From the NCBI RefSeq assembly GCF_037042905.1, contig NC_087251.1, positions 24,492,001-24,556,000 on the forward strand: a stretch of DNA of 64,000 nt. Reading direction: 5' to 3'. The notes beneath the pieces are model-generated. The model did not search any database. It was not told where the DNA came from and worked only from the letters and a program-made list of their open reading frames with translations. This DNA comes from Lytechinus pictus (lineage: Eukaryota). This document shows positions 40,634 to 54,619 of this stretch, piece after piece; the stretch's first letter is position 1, and every line of letters begins with the position of its first letter. The position numbers were made by a program, and so were the translations under genes.

Positions 40634-43600
40634 ATGTCAAGTGGAAGAGTCTATGTTGGAAGGTTGAGCTACCAAGCTCGAGAGAGGGATGTTGAAAGGT
40701 TTTTCAGAGGTTTTGGTAGAATACGTGAAATCAATCTAAAAAATGGCTTTGGGTTTGTGGTGAGTATTGCCATATTTTCATGCTATGAAAGATCCTGAAG
40801 CATTCTCATTTACAGATTTATTGGTTACAGCTGATAATTTTTCTGGTATCACATTGCTATTAGCTCTCCATTTTTTCATCACTTTACAAAATATTGTTGG
40901 AAGATACAACCAGAAATGCTAATCAAATTTTGAGGAGGAAAATTATTCCCTGGTGAGAAATGCATGCTTTGGGTTGAGATATTAATTTTACTTGTTGCTC
41001 TGATTTTTATACTTTGAATAAAATGGGTAAACCATTGCAAAAGCATGAATCAAGTACTCTTAATGTGATAAAAATGATTATTGGCCCGTTCTCTGTATAA
41101 TACACACTAAATTGGTTGTCAAGAATTATCAGTTTTTCAGTCAAATTCTTTAAAAAAAAATATATTCTGCATTTTGTTGCATTTACACTCTTAATGGTGC
41201 ATGAGTTGTGTAAAAGTGAGTTGTTTTACAGTTTGAGCCATGTTTGCTGACAAACTTCATTGAAACATAAAGAGACATATCTTAATTTTGGATTTTAATT
41301 GCCAATAGAGATTTTTTTTCCTGAACCGTTCCCTGTGTCTCTCATTGAATAATCTTTTTTTTTGTTACAATGCATCTTTATTTGCCTTTTTATTTATTTT
41401 TTTGCCTTTTCGAAAACATAAAAAATTACCATTTTCTCTTATTATTATTATTTTTTTTTTGTGAGTGATTTTTGAAGATTAAGTACTGCTGAAATGGACA
41501 GTAACACCACTCTAAATATTCATTTCATATTTAACCTACTCTAATAAGGAAGATATATATATATATTGAAAAGATATAATTGGAATTATAAAAAAATGTG
41601 GCCTTATTTACCCCACTCTCCCCTATACAAAAGATAAATGTAATTGTAACATGTAAGAATTCTGATAATTTAAGTAACAAAGTCCATCTCTTTTGATTTG
41701 CAGGAATTTGAAGACTATCGAGATGCTGATGATGCTGTCTATGAGCTGAATGGCAAAGAACTTGTTGGTGAAAGGTAGGGAATGCATGCCACAATTTTTT
41801 TTTCAGTACTTTTTCAACGAGGGATCCATCTGTACTGTCTCATCTGAAATGATTTGAGAAACACATCTTTTCCAAATTGATCCTAGTTATAATATCTGCT
41901 GTAATTTGTAAAAGCAAAATACAAATGATACTGCATAAATGAAATTTTTAAGTTAAAAAAAATATTGAAGAAAATTAAATGAACCCTTATGACCATGCAG
42001 ACTTATTCCATTGTCTTTATGGATTTTTAGTGAACCTAATTAAAAAAAAAGTTATATATCACAGTGTTCATTCTGGTGAAATAGGGCTATGTGAATGTCT
42101 GAATCTTATATTTGATTAATTTAACATTTGCAGAGTAATTATTGAACATGCCAGAGGACCTGCAAGAGGTCGTGATGAATACAGATATGGCTACCGCAGG
42201 AGAGGAGGTGTTGACAAGTGAGTATATTTCTTTTTGTTGTTCTATTATTTCTCTCTTTTTTTTTACTTTCATTATTGGGAAGGGAATTAGTTGGCCCAGA
42301 CATGTTTGCATCCCCCAAATTTCAAAATATAAACCTTTATGTTGTCTCAGAGACAAAATGCATATTTTGTGTCAAAGTCACACCTAAAATAACAGCATTT
42401 AAGTGATTGCGAATATTTGCATACCAATTACAGTTGGGAGTAACATGTTGAATAATTTGATTACATTTTGTCGTTTTTTCCAAGCATGATGAATAAAACT
42501 TTGAGATGTTATCTTCCCCATTTTGATAGAAGCACTATACTGGTGCTAATGTTACTTTGAATTTATCCCAACTAAAAAGATTTTTGCGTTAACAAATGAT
42601 CAGGTTTGCAAATTAAATATTGCATTAACCTCTGCGATATGCAATCTTGCGCAGTGACCAAAGAAAGCAAATTCTTGCCTTGAATGCTCAAGCAGTATTG
42701 CTCAGGTACCCCCATATATATTTTTTTATTAATTTTTTTCTTGGATGGTTGCAGGGAATTGCATTTCATACAATTTCTATTCACCAAATAAATATATTGT
42801 CTGCAATTTTTACCTAATCTACAGAGTGAATATTTGGTTGTGCTTTACTCCAACATCACAGGTTCGGAGGATCTGGTGGGGGTGGTGGTAGTAGGAGCTC
42901 ACAAAGGCAAGAATTTGTTTGTTTTTAGCCAGAAAAAAATGCTAGAATAACTTGCAGATTCACTTCAACTGAGCCACAACTAACCACTCTGTTAATAACC
43001 TCCTACTTTTTGGAAATGGTTAATGGATATGATAAGCATTGATCATTTGAAAAAAATTAATGTGTATTTGGACACGATAATGTATCATTTTTGTAGCAAG
43101 TGTATGTCTGGTAAAAAAAAAATGGGTGGGAATTTACAAACATGTGCTTCAAATCTTCGATTGGTGGTTATGTTGAAATGCTTCTACATTCTTAAGTGGT
43201 GAGTCAAGACCTCGGATAATTTAGTATTAATGCAATCGTATGTGTGTAAACTCATTTGATTCTTATTCAGAAAATGGATTAACTTACCCAGCATTGTTTT
43301 TTGTTTTATTTTTGCCATTTTCCATGAGGTTGTACTAATGACCTACATGTACTAAGAAAATATATTTGTTTTGCCTCTAACCACCATCGTTATTGGGTGG
43401 TCGATCTGTCACGTTATTGTTCTAGCAATATCTAAAGGACCGTTTGATGGATCAATTGATGGATCAAACTTTAGCCGAATGTTGATATATGAGTGACAAT
43501 TATTAGTTTTGCAGGTATCAAGGTGAAAGGTCACAAGTTATTTTGATAAAGGAATAATTTCATACCAAATTTAATAGCACATTTGGTCATAGGAGAAATG

Positions 43601-46600
43601 CTTTTAACTTAGTTATGTACATTCTTTGTGTAGCAGTTTTCAAAAAATGTGGAGCGTATTGCGACAACTATTCAAGAAAATTATTCTGTGTGTACATGTA
43701 TATTGAAATATAATTTTCTCGTAATGAAGAAATGTTCAGGTATCAACCCCAAACTTGGTTCATTTAAGTATAATAAAGGTCAATTATTCGATTGTATCAG
43801 GGATCATGATTCATTATATACCCCAAAATATCTTGTTCTGGTGATAAATAATGAGCTATTTGTTGGTTAAATTCAATTGGTTAAATTCAAACTACTAAGC
43901 TATGCATGTGGAAGGGACAATGATTCAATTGTATTATTTTTATCAAATATTATTGCGCTTGTCTTGGTTCACCACTTGAATTTTGTATATGAATGTCTTC
44001 ATGTAAACTTGAGTTATACTAAAAATGTGCTTGATGGTACCTTAATTGCATTTAGTAAAGGTTCTTTGGGAGTAGTATGCATGGTTCTCTATCATGACCA
44101 TACATATGACTTGTGGTTACCTAAGGTGTACTCTGGAAATCGATATGAATTGACTAAAGAGAGTGAAATCGTTGTGAAGGCAAAACTCAAAAAATTTCTA
44201 TCATTAGCTTAGTAATCCATCCCTTTAATCTGGTTTCCCTTTTCGTTAGTGTTTTTTTTTTTTTTTTACATTTATGAAACTCAATCAATGTCAGGTCAGA
44301 CATTAAGACCCAGGTTTCATTCTCTCACCCTCTGACTCATTTTTCTCTTCCCCCCCCCCCCCATACTTCTACTGACAAGCTAAGCTTAAATTATCTTAAA
44401 TAAGCATGGAAAAATTGAAAGATCAAGTTTCCCCAGAAAGAAAATGTTGAGTATGCAAATGAGAAAGTTGATGATGTCTTGTATTTTCTTGTTTGAATTA
44501 CACAATATTTCAATTTTTACTGATTTGACAATAGAACTTGATTGAACTACAAAATGTAGTGCTTGCAGTAGTAATTCAACATTTTCAGAGATGATTAAAA
44601 CTTTGTTTCACATGACAATGAGAAAATTGAAATGTCATTTTTTGTATAATAAAATACTAACGAAATAGTGGGTGGATGATGTCATCAGTCCCCTCATTTG
44701 CATACAGACTGGTATGTGTATATAACTTTGTGAAATTAAACGAAACTTCAGTTATATCTGATTTTGATGAATTTGTTAGTTTTATGCTTGTTTGATTTTT
44801 CCCTTTTTATTCAAATCTACTTTTTGTTGAGTTGAACTTTTAAACTTTTTTGGGATAAAGGTGTTCTTTTGTTGTTGTCCATTTCAAATTACTGTATTGA
44901 CTGAAAAATTGCTACATGTATAACAATGGCACTTATTTGACTAATAATATAATTGTTACATATGCAAACTTAAGTGTATATGAACTACTCAAATTCCCTT
45001 GGTGGCTGGCATTAATGCTACAATATATTTTGCTTAGGCCACACTGGTTTAAAGTTCATGCCTGTTCATTGTTATCATATTTTGATTTTGTGTATGCATG
45101 CTTTGAGTAAATGCTCTCCCCCTACCTATAAACCAATGCAAGGTTAAACTTTAGTAGCCCCCCCCCCCCTGTTATATTTTGTACTTGCTTTTGTGTAGAA
45201 TGCTAGTAAAATATTTGTGGTTGTGCAGATTTTTTTCTTTTGTAATGATGATGGAATGTTTTTCCTGAATTCTTTTCTAATTAGATATGGGCCTCCAGTC
45301 AGAACCGAACATCGCGTCATTGTGGAGCATCTATCCACCAGAGTTAGTTGGCAGGTAGGAATTTTGATGGCTTGTAGAAAACAATTGCAAATAAAACTTC
45401 ATTAATTGTCCTCTTGAATATATTTGAAGTCCATTCTTTCCATCTTTATCTTTTTATTACTTTCAAATCAATTTTGAAGATTACTGATCTACTGAAGCCT
45501 TGTTAATTGCATACGGGTGCATTTCATTTACATTTCATTCAAAGCATATTGGATTGATAAAATGCTATTTTTATTTTTTTTTAAAGAAAAGTTATAACTG
45601 CTAAATTAATTATGATACCATGTTATCCTCTCTTCAGCACTCTTAAGACTTTGGAGATGCCATGGTACTTATTACTGGCTAATGACTGTGGGCTTGGCTT
45701 GGCTGTGAGGTGCAGGCTCTCTCATGAGGTCTGACTGAAGTGTGTCTCTAAAGAGATGTTGAGCGAGATGAAGCACCCCACAACCCCTGGGGATGTTCCC
45801 TCTTGGCCTACCGTAATTCTGGCACTGGGCACTAGTTGAGATGTACATACTCCTGCCATCCCCCCTGTAGTCAGATGACAGCCTAACATCTTTCCTGGTT
45901 ACAAGAAATTAAATCTTGCCAGTGGCTCTTTGGAGGAAGGAAAAAAAAGAAAAAAAGCTGTCATCAATTACCTTTATATCAAGTTCTGGATCTGGAATCT
46001 TTAAAAAAAAATGGGGGCAAAGTGGGATGGGGAATGAATCTTCTCTAAAGCTGTGCTCCTTTCGAGTACTGCTTTTTCACCACTGTCATCTGTGGCTGGT
46101 TCCTAGAGAGAAAAATAATGTATAGAAGTCTGGCTGAGATGGTCTTGACAGCCTGAGGTGTAGTGATCTGGCTGGTTTGCTGCCTCGCCCCTCTGGTGGC
46201 GCTCCCCTCTATGGCTTGGATTACAGAGCTTTATATAAAGAGGCCTTGTATCGCGCTGAGCAATACCAGACACAGATGTGGTAGAAGGTATAGTAGTATG
46301 TCTTATGTGCAACTACTGAATTGCCCCTGTTATTGAGTGTGTGCCTTGCAAGAATGTTGAGGGATGTTTGACAGTCTTTACACTGTAGCATGTATATAAT
46401 TCATCCACTTAACATGTCCTCACTAAGAATTACAGTACTTCACATATCTTATTTTCTTTTGAATGCAGAAATTTCCATAGTTAAATGCCCATGCATTGAA
46501 GTATTCAGATATTTGTTTATGAAATAAGCTTGATAAATTTTCATTTATTAGAGACAAAAGATGGCTGTTGAATCATATTTCTTTCCCATTATTTCTTGCA

Positions 46601-48331
46601 AGGCACACTGATGTGTGTGTTGTGTTCCATACGTAAAATCTATATATAGTCCATTGGCAACGGTTAATATGAAGGATGTGTAGGTTCACCAGTTGTCCAT
46701 TCGAGGAACAGACGAGAAGAGGGTGCAGCCTCCGTGATGGCGTGACGATGACAGCAACATGATTCTAGTACAGACGTTCAGGCATTGGCTTTGACTTGAT
46801 GACTCTGATCTGCTGAGATGAATGTTCATAATCCCCATCTGATTCTTATTTGCTACTAATTAAACTTACATTTTCTCTTATCACAACATCTACATCCAAC
46901 TAGGATTGGCCTCTTTAGGTTATCTACCTTTTGAAAAAACAATTTCAAACAATAGGATGTGCTTGTTTCGTCTTTGTTGTTGATGATTGAAATTAATGTG
47001 TTGAATTGATGAGATGAATATGTTTGTGATGACTTTCAATAGCATAATGCCTCCAAAATAAATATAGACAAAGAATGTGCATTTTACTTTATGCATGATA
47101 CCATTAAATGTGTTTGAAATGTGTTCATTGTTCATGGATCGTAACTGTTGAACATAATTCATTCTTTCTTGACCAGGACTTGAAAGACTACATGAGACAG
47201 GCAGGAGAGGTCACATTTGCAGATGCCCACAAACAGCGCAAGAATGAAGGGTAGGTGTACCCAGAGTTCTTGGGAAGTGCATCTTTTCCCTTTTTCAAGT
47301 GCCAAGTTGTTCCATGATTTTAAGCAAACTAGAATGCTGTATATGTGTGCATAGTAATACTGTACATTATTCCAAGGCTTCTTAAAAGGAGTATAGATTT
47401 ATTTCCATGTTAAAATGAGATTCTTGCACAAGCATCTAGATGTTCACAGGTATACAACTTTGAACTATTACAACAAAACAGGAAGTGTTTTTAAAGTAAA
47501 TTTATAGTAAATGATCATACAGTCAATAGGCACAATTAATCATAATCATCGTCATAAATCACAATTTTAAAAGTACAGAAAAGTGGAAAATACTAATAAA
47601 AAAAAGTTGAGTTGTTACTCTGCAGAATTAAGAAATGTGCTTTGCTTTTATTTTTTAAAAATCAACAGAATCGTTGAATTCGCTACGTACAGTGACATGA
47701 AGAATGCAATTGAGAAACTTGATGGAACAGAAATCAATGGACGTCGCATCAATGTGGTAGAGGACAGGCCCTCATCATCGTCATCAAGGAGAAGGTGAAA
47801 CTTTCACAACATTTCTTTAATGGGGGGGGGGGGGGGGGGGCGGTGGAATCTTAATTTACCGTCACAAAGTAAGCAGATGATATGCTGTAGATGAAGAAAG
47901 TTAGAGTTTCAACTGTGTACATTTTCCAACCAGATGGTGAGTCAGATTCACTATTCCAAAACTTAGTTGCTTCATGAATTTTTATGTTAAAGATAATATA
48001 TCTTTTTTTTTTCTAAAGGTCTAGGAGCCACTCTAGATCTCGTTCCCGATCTCGTCGTCGCTCCAGGTCTCCACGAAGCAGATCTCGAAGCCGCTCCCGT
48101 AGCAGGTCCCGATCTCGCTCCCACTCCCGCAAGTCTAGAAGCCCAAGGAAGAGCCCAAAGAGGAGCCCCAAGAGAAGCAGGAGTAGGTCTCTTAGTCCAA
48201 AACGCGATAGTCGAAGCCGGAGCCGTTCACGAAGCAAGTCACCAAGGAATAGCAGAAGTCCTTCACCTATTGAGCAGAACAACAAGGGAATGTCAAGATC
48301 CAGATCTCCTAGTCCTCGAGATGATGATTAG
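40634..48331 (+). CDS. SRSF4/5/6: Serine/arginine-rich splicing factor SRSF4/5/6 (B52/SRp55) orthologue; RRM1-RRM2(SWQDLKD)-RS
   Basis: Exons 40634-40759 ([11 protein letters not shown]...KNGFGFV), 41704-41774 ([20 protein letters not shown]), 42134-42217 (VIIEHARG), 42862-42906 (Gly-rich, GC donor), 45285-45354 ([23 protein letters not shown]), 47177-47250 ([19 protein letters not shown]), 47669-47794, 48019-48331 (RS repeats, TAG). 302 aa with the 45-nt exon, 287 aa without. Candidate polyA signals at ~48800 and ~49735. Confidence 0.95.
42862..42906 (+). CDS. 45-nt Gly-rich cassette exon of the SR gene ([16 protein letters not shown]), GC-AG intron downstream
   Basis: Acceptor acatcacag, phase 2 to phase 2, donor AAAG|GCAAGA, open in the correct frame. 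Confidence 0.75.
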
Positions 48332-49795
48332 ACTTGGATGTCGGATGGAAAGAATGGTTTGGCCAAATTGAAGTCGTATATATGAATGCAGAAATTTAAA
48401 AGATGTACAGCTGTATACTTTGTGAACTTTGTAAATTTACAGTTGTATTTCAGAGACAGCATATTAATATGCTCTAGCTCATTGCATTCTACTTCACTTT
48501 GAATGATTGATACTATGTTGGGGGAAAAAAGGGTGAAATGTAGATCAACACCAAAATGTGGACCTCTTTTTTTCACCTGTACCATTGCTACCAAATATCT
48601 TTATTGACAATTTTATAGATAGTCTCAAATCATTGTCACTTGGCTTTGGTCTGAATATTTCCCTTCAGAGGTGAGAAGACAGTATTGGCACCGTGGTATT
48701 GTTGCATAAAACTTTTCATCCAAGGTAACTCTTTCAGTGCTTAACAACTTATCAAAATCAAGGTTTCTATTAACTGCCATTGATGTTTAAGTTGCCACAA
48801 AATAAAGTTTTCTGCAACTGAACCAATTTTTTTCCAATATGTTTTTAATTAGACACCTGAAGAAATGATCATCTACTATTTTAGTATTTTAATTGATGCC
48901 TTTGCTGCATCATGCTCAGTTCAGAAACGATTACTGAATCAGCTGAATGATATTTGTACATTATGATGCCCTTTGTATATTATATCTTTTCAAATTGTAG
49001 AAATTGTTTAAATTTGTTTGATGGAAAGGAGAGTTCTAGTACTACTGCTATTGAACAGCTTTTTATTTTTGGAGGAAAGCGAACCTGTCATTACTGATAG
49101 CAAATCATCCTTACTCAAATTAGATCACAAATGTGTATTTTTCACAGCTTTTGTAAGTGGTATTTTAATTTAGGCATTCCTTGAATTTATCTTTGGTTTA
49201 TTGTAAATGTGATGTCGTTCAAATTGGTGTATTTTTGTAATAGTCCTTTCATTCTCAAGGTTTTTTGTTGTAAATTTGAAAATGTTTTGTATTTCCATCA
49301 GAGGTAATTCTAAAATTTCCTCCATATAATATTTTCTCTTTTTTAAAAAGCTTTCTTGTACATTACTTTTATTACTGATTATGCCAGACATTTTAAAAAC
49401 ATGTATTGCACTCATTTAATATTTAGAAAAAAACCAGATTTTGGCCATACAAAGATTATATTGATATAAGATAATTGAAATAACTTACAATTCATGAAGT
49501 GTAGCTGGATGTACTTTTCAGAGAAACCAATGTTTTTATTGCTAACAGCAAGTTTTCATGAGAAATGCTGTTTTTCCACCAAAAATGTCCCCCCCCCCAA
49601 AAAAAAATACTGCAATTTTTCATTAGCATCCCACTTCATGGAATGTTCTAAAGTAATAGCTGCAGAATGAGTTTTGAAAAGAACTGTATTTTAAGTAGGG
49701 TAATAATTTGTATGTAAATTTGTTTTTCACATGGATTAAAAGAATGAAAGGCGAACACGCGTTCCATATTTTTTTATATGCCAAGTATGAAAGCT

Positions 49796-50874
49796 GATTT
49801 TGTCTCGCTTGGATAGCAGAGCGAGATATAGGGTCGACGGCGGTATCGTCAACGTTGAAATCTTAACCCAGTTTAATTTTTTGAAATGTCATAACTTAGT
49901 AAGTATTTTGACCTAGTTCATGAAACTTGAACATAGGGTAAGCAACTATTACTGAACATCCTGCCAGAGTTTCAGGTCACAATACCCAGGTTAAAGGTCA
50001 TTTAGGGTCAACAAACTGGCCATGTTGTGGGTATGAATGAAATTTTCATGACTAAAATTTTATGGATCTTGTCATGAAACTTCGACATAAGAAATAAGAG
50101 TGATCAAGTATCCCTAAACATGTGCGAGTTTTAGGTCACATGACCAAGATCTAAGGTCAGTGAACTTTGGTCGTGTTGGGGGTATTTGTTCAATTGGCAT
50201 CAAAACTTAGAGGCCCGAATTCACAAAGGTGGTTTTGAAAACCCATGGTTGAGTCCATGGTTTATGCAGATTTCCTGTATAAATTACGCTTATTTTACCG
50301 CGTGTATTAAAAATGTCCAATGCTGATGCGCGCTTTTGTCAGTGCGCCAAATTAATGCCTGTTGCCGTGGTTATCCATGCTATTTTATTCATGAGTCCAC
50401 TGTTTTCATTCATGAGTCCACTCTTCAAACAGTGGACTCATGAATAAAACAGCGTATCTTACCATGGTAACGGGCGTCAATTTGGCGCACTGACAAAAGA
50501 TCGCATCAGCATTGGACATTTTTTATACACGCGCAAGATACGCGCTAAATTAAGCGAAAATTATACAGGAAATCTGCATAAACCATGGATTCAACTGTGG
50601 GTTTTCAAAACCACCTTTGTGAATTCGGGCCAGAAAGTTTATGGATCTAGTTCATGAAACATAAAAGACAGGGTAATCAAGTATGAATGATTGTTTTGCA
50701 AAAGTCTCTAGTCACATGATCAAGGTCAAAGGTCATTTTGGGCCAATGGACATAGTATTTTATTATCATGTTTGTTTCTTTTGTGAATAATTATTCAGTA
50801 GTAGTTCTCAAAGTCAGCACTGCTGCTATATCGAATCGGGTAATGAAGGCGAGACTGCCAGAGGCGTTCCACTT
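49796..50874 (-). mobile_element. Diverged HINE-like element, reverse orientation
   Basis: Reverse complement of the 9566 family ends (ttttgtctcgc... / ...gccagaggcgttccacttt) with aggtca units. Confidence 0.7.
50212..50631. mobile_element. Palindromic MITE (PIF/Harbinger-like, 3-bp AGA TSD) nested in the HINE copy
   Basis: aga|ggcccgaattcacaaaggtggttttgaaaaccca ... tgggttttcaaaaccacctttgtgaattcgggcc|aga; nearly fully self-complementary. A degenerate relative lies at ~21745-22048. Confidence 0.85.
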
Positions 50875-51506
50875 TTTGTGATGCTGAATGTGCGTTTCAT
50901 GCTACATGTGCCACCAGCGTTCACTATCATGAGAGGCTCATGGGTGATGGGTCAACCATTTTTTCCTAAGACATGATTGCAATTTCATGCTTATTTTGCT
51001 AATTTATTCAGTAATTACACAATTTATTCTAGATTCCTTTGTAACATTTTGTTTCATTCATAAATACAGACACCTGGGTTGTCATTTGTACAAATTCATT
51101 TTGAAATTGCCACAACAGGCATGATCATCTTAAACACAAATGAGTGATGTCACATAGAAATAGCATGTATGATGAAACGAACAAAGTGGTGAATTGTATG
51201 ATCATTTGTCACACAAAAATTCAAATTGAAGGGGGAACCGTAAGGCTCAATTTGCCATTGCTTTTTACATGCATATTGAACTTTTTTATAGCTGAAATTC
51301 CCACTTAATTATCCTTGCTGCAAAATTGTGTTTCATGAGAAGAGGCACATGCATAGACTGCAAAATGATGAAAGATAATTAGTAACAATTTAATATTTTC
51401 AAATTTCAGATCCATGTAGTTAGTATTGAAATTAATTGCTTGCATGGCCTTGGCTTTTTTTTCATATATAAATTATTTTTCCTAGAATCAAACCATCAGA
51501 TTTGAA

Positions 51507-53083
51507 AGAGATGGTCCGGACTGTAAATATTAATATCTGAGTAAAATTCACAGAGCAAAGTGCTGACTATTTCATCAAAATCGGATAACAAATGAAGTTA
51601 TTGAATTTTAAATTTAATCAATTTTTTGTGGAAACGGTTGTATGCACATGGTCATGATTATTCATTAGGTGGGCTGATGTCATATCCCCACTTCCGTTAT
51701 GAAATAAATGTTTCATTTTTCCATAGTGTAAATGATGTCTCCATTATGATAAAATAAGTTGCAACAAATAACTAATACACTTAATAGTTGTCAGTCCAAT
51801 TGTTTTAGTTCTTGGTATAAATTTTTTTAATAAACCTAATTTCATGTAATGAAATACATAAGAACAAGTGGGGATATGACATCCGCCCACCTAATAGTAT
51901 TCATAAATACATGCCTAGAACTGTTTCACCGGAATAATGCAAATCTTTAAAATTCAATAACTTATTTGTCACCTGATTTTGATCAGATTTTCAGCGTTTT
52001 GCTCTGAATTTTATTATATTTATTGAGATATAAATATCTCCAGCCTGGACCATCCCTTTAAAGGGAACAGAAACCCAAGAAGAGAAGCATTCTTATTGGA
52101 AAGAGTAAAATGATGTGCTTTTCCCACTGCATTTCCTTAACCCCATACTATCCTTAACCCCATACTATATTTTTTTCGATTCACACTGTCTTTCTTAACC
52201 CCATACTATTTGCTTAGCCGGGGTTAACGCCTTAACCCGGGTTAACGTCTTAACCCCGGGCAATCACACAGCTCATAAATATTGATGATTTTACCATACA
52301 GAGCGCGATTAACGTGCAATTTCGACTTATGTGATTGGCTAATGCTTAGCCTCACTTTTGCTTAGCCCTGTTTCGTTTCACACTGCATCTCTTAGCACCA
52401 CAATAAGCCGGCTAACCCTGCTTTTTTGCAGGGCCAGATAGTACTGACTATTTACCGTGCTAGCCCACTTTGCTAAAACGTAGTGGGCTAAGCTTAACCC
52501 CGGGAAATTGGTGGGGCTAAGACCCCCCTTAGCCCCACCAATTTCCTGGGGTTGAGGGAAAAAAGTGCAGTGTGAAAAGCATGAGACGAGCAATTTAAAA
52601 AAAAGTTTCATCAAAATGGGTCATGAAATAAGTTAGTTATGGACGTTTAAAAAGCCTTGTTGTACTTTGTATGGGGATCTTCAAATTGGCAAACATGCAT
52701 CAAAATAGCTGATTTTGTGGACAACTCTCCACTTGTTTTGTACACAAATTTTCCTCATCTTTCAAATTGCATCTTGCCTCTTCCTGAGCACAACATATGT
52801 CATGGGAAAATATAATTCACACCACATATGTCAAGGTCAGGAGGAGATAATGTGAAATATGTAAAAGGGGAAAATTTGTGTACAAAAACAAATGGAGCGT
52901 TGTCCACAAAATCAGCCATTTTGAAGCACGTTTGCTTATTTGAGGATCCCCATAGAAAGTACAAGACTTTTAAAAAGTCCATTACTAGCCTATTTCATAA
53001 CCGATTTTGATGAAACTTTTTAAAATTGTTCCTCTCATTTTATTCTTTCCAATAAGATTGCTTCTCTTGGGTTTTGGTTTCCT
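51507..53083. mobile_element. Two adjacent TTAA-type MITEs (51507-52057, 52062-53083) sharing a TTAA, the second interrupted by a TIR element at ~52114-52581
   Basis: TIR pairs gatggtcc/ggaccatc, agggaacagaaacccaag/cttgggttttggtttcct and tgcttttc.cactgca/tgcagtgtgaaaagca. Confidence 0.7.
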
Positions 53084-53626
53084 TTAAGTTGGTACAATGA
53101 ATTATAGACTGAGTAACGCACTGCTGGGTGTCCCCATCTCATATTGAAATTGCCCTTGAAGCAAGATGGTATGTGGTGGTGTTATTGCTGGTGCTGGAAA
53201 TTTTAGTGGAGGTAATTTTACCTCCATGTATTCCACGTGTTTAATGACTGGACCCATTATGGTGAGATAGATTGTAAATTTCTAAATAGTATAGGTATTT
53301 GCTATTAAGAGGATGAAACCCTTGGCTTGGACCAAATTAGATTTATGAAAACATACTAAAAATCAATGAATAAAGATCAATGCAAGACCCCTGTTGCATC
53401 TGGAAATCGGTGTCCCGGGGCCAGCCAGAGTCCATTTGGAACCTGGATGAGAATAGGTTGGTGATTGCCTATAATTTTTTTTCTTCTGTTTCCTCTTCCT
53501 CCCTTCCTTCCTCTTATCTCTTCAAGTTCATTCATTCTATCTCCCCTCTATGCTGAAAACAGCAAATCTATATTTATGAACAAGCCGCCTTCAAATCAAT
53601 CACATTGCTCGCATGCTGCAATTTAA

Positions 53627-54184
53627 AGGTCAAGTCCACCCCAGAAAATTGTTGATTTGAATCGATAGATTTAAAAATCAAACGAGCATAACACTGAAAA
53701 TTTCATCAAAATAGGATGTAAAATAAGAATTATAGTTTGGCTTTTTACAAAAAATAGTTTTATGTACTCGGTGACATGCAAATGAGATTCGATGTCCCTT
53801 GCTATTTCTTTGTTTATTTTATTGTTTGAATTATACAAATTTCCATTTTTACATATTTGACAATGAGGACAAATTCGACTTGACCATTAACTTAAAATAA
53901 TGGTTATTCCATATGTTCAGGGGGAAATTGAATTGTTTCCCTTAAATTTGAATTTTCACCTTTAATTTAATGAAATACAAAAGAAATAGTGAGTGGATGA
54001 CATCAGTCTGCTCATTTGCATATTGACCAGGATGTGCATTTAACTTCTGTGAAATTAAGCGAAACATGAAAATGTCATTAATTTTCTTATTTTACATCCG
54101 ATATTGATGAAATTTTCAGTGTTATGCTCGTTGGATTTTTCTCCATTTATTCAAATCAACTTTTTGTTGGGGTGGACTTGTCCT
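53627..54184. mobile_element. TTAA-flanked (Kolobok-like) MITE
   Basis: ttaa|aggtcaagtccacccca ... tggggtggacttgtcct|ttaa. Confidence 0.85.
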
Positions 54185-54619
54185 TTAAGACCGAAGACTG
54201 GAAATTTGCACGCTATGAAGTAATTTGTGACAGCTGGCAAACGGACCAATTCGGGTCCTGCCCGAGATGCCTCATGAGGTGGTCTCGATGTAGGTTTGCC
54301 AAAAGGTGGCCTGAGGCTGGTTTGGGATGTTTTACATATCTGATATCTTTTTTACCCGAGATAGGCCTGGGGCCACCGATTTTCTAGATGTAACTGGGGT
54401 CTAAGTTTCAGAATAATTGGACAAAGTTGTAGAGTACATATATTTTAATGTCAAAATCACTACTACTATGGAAATCCCATTGGCAATGCGACCAAGATTT
54501 GTGATGTCACATAACACTGATAATATAACCGAATACATCTTTTTTTGCTCATTCTCATGATCATACAGACTGTCCATGATATATTTTATGGAATCCCTAT
54601 AGCACATCCTCATAACATG

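Noticed and set aside
46730..46845. Possible C/D box snoRNA (TGATGA...CTGA)
   Set aside because: The boxes are too close together (~47 nt), with no convincing terminal stem or recognisable guide.
48013..48285. Leu/Arg-rich minus-strand ORF
   Set aside because: Antisense shadow of the RS-repeat exon.
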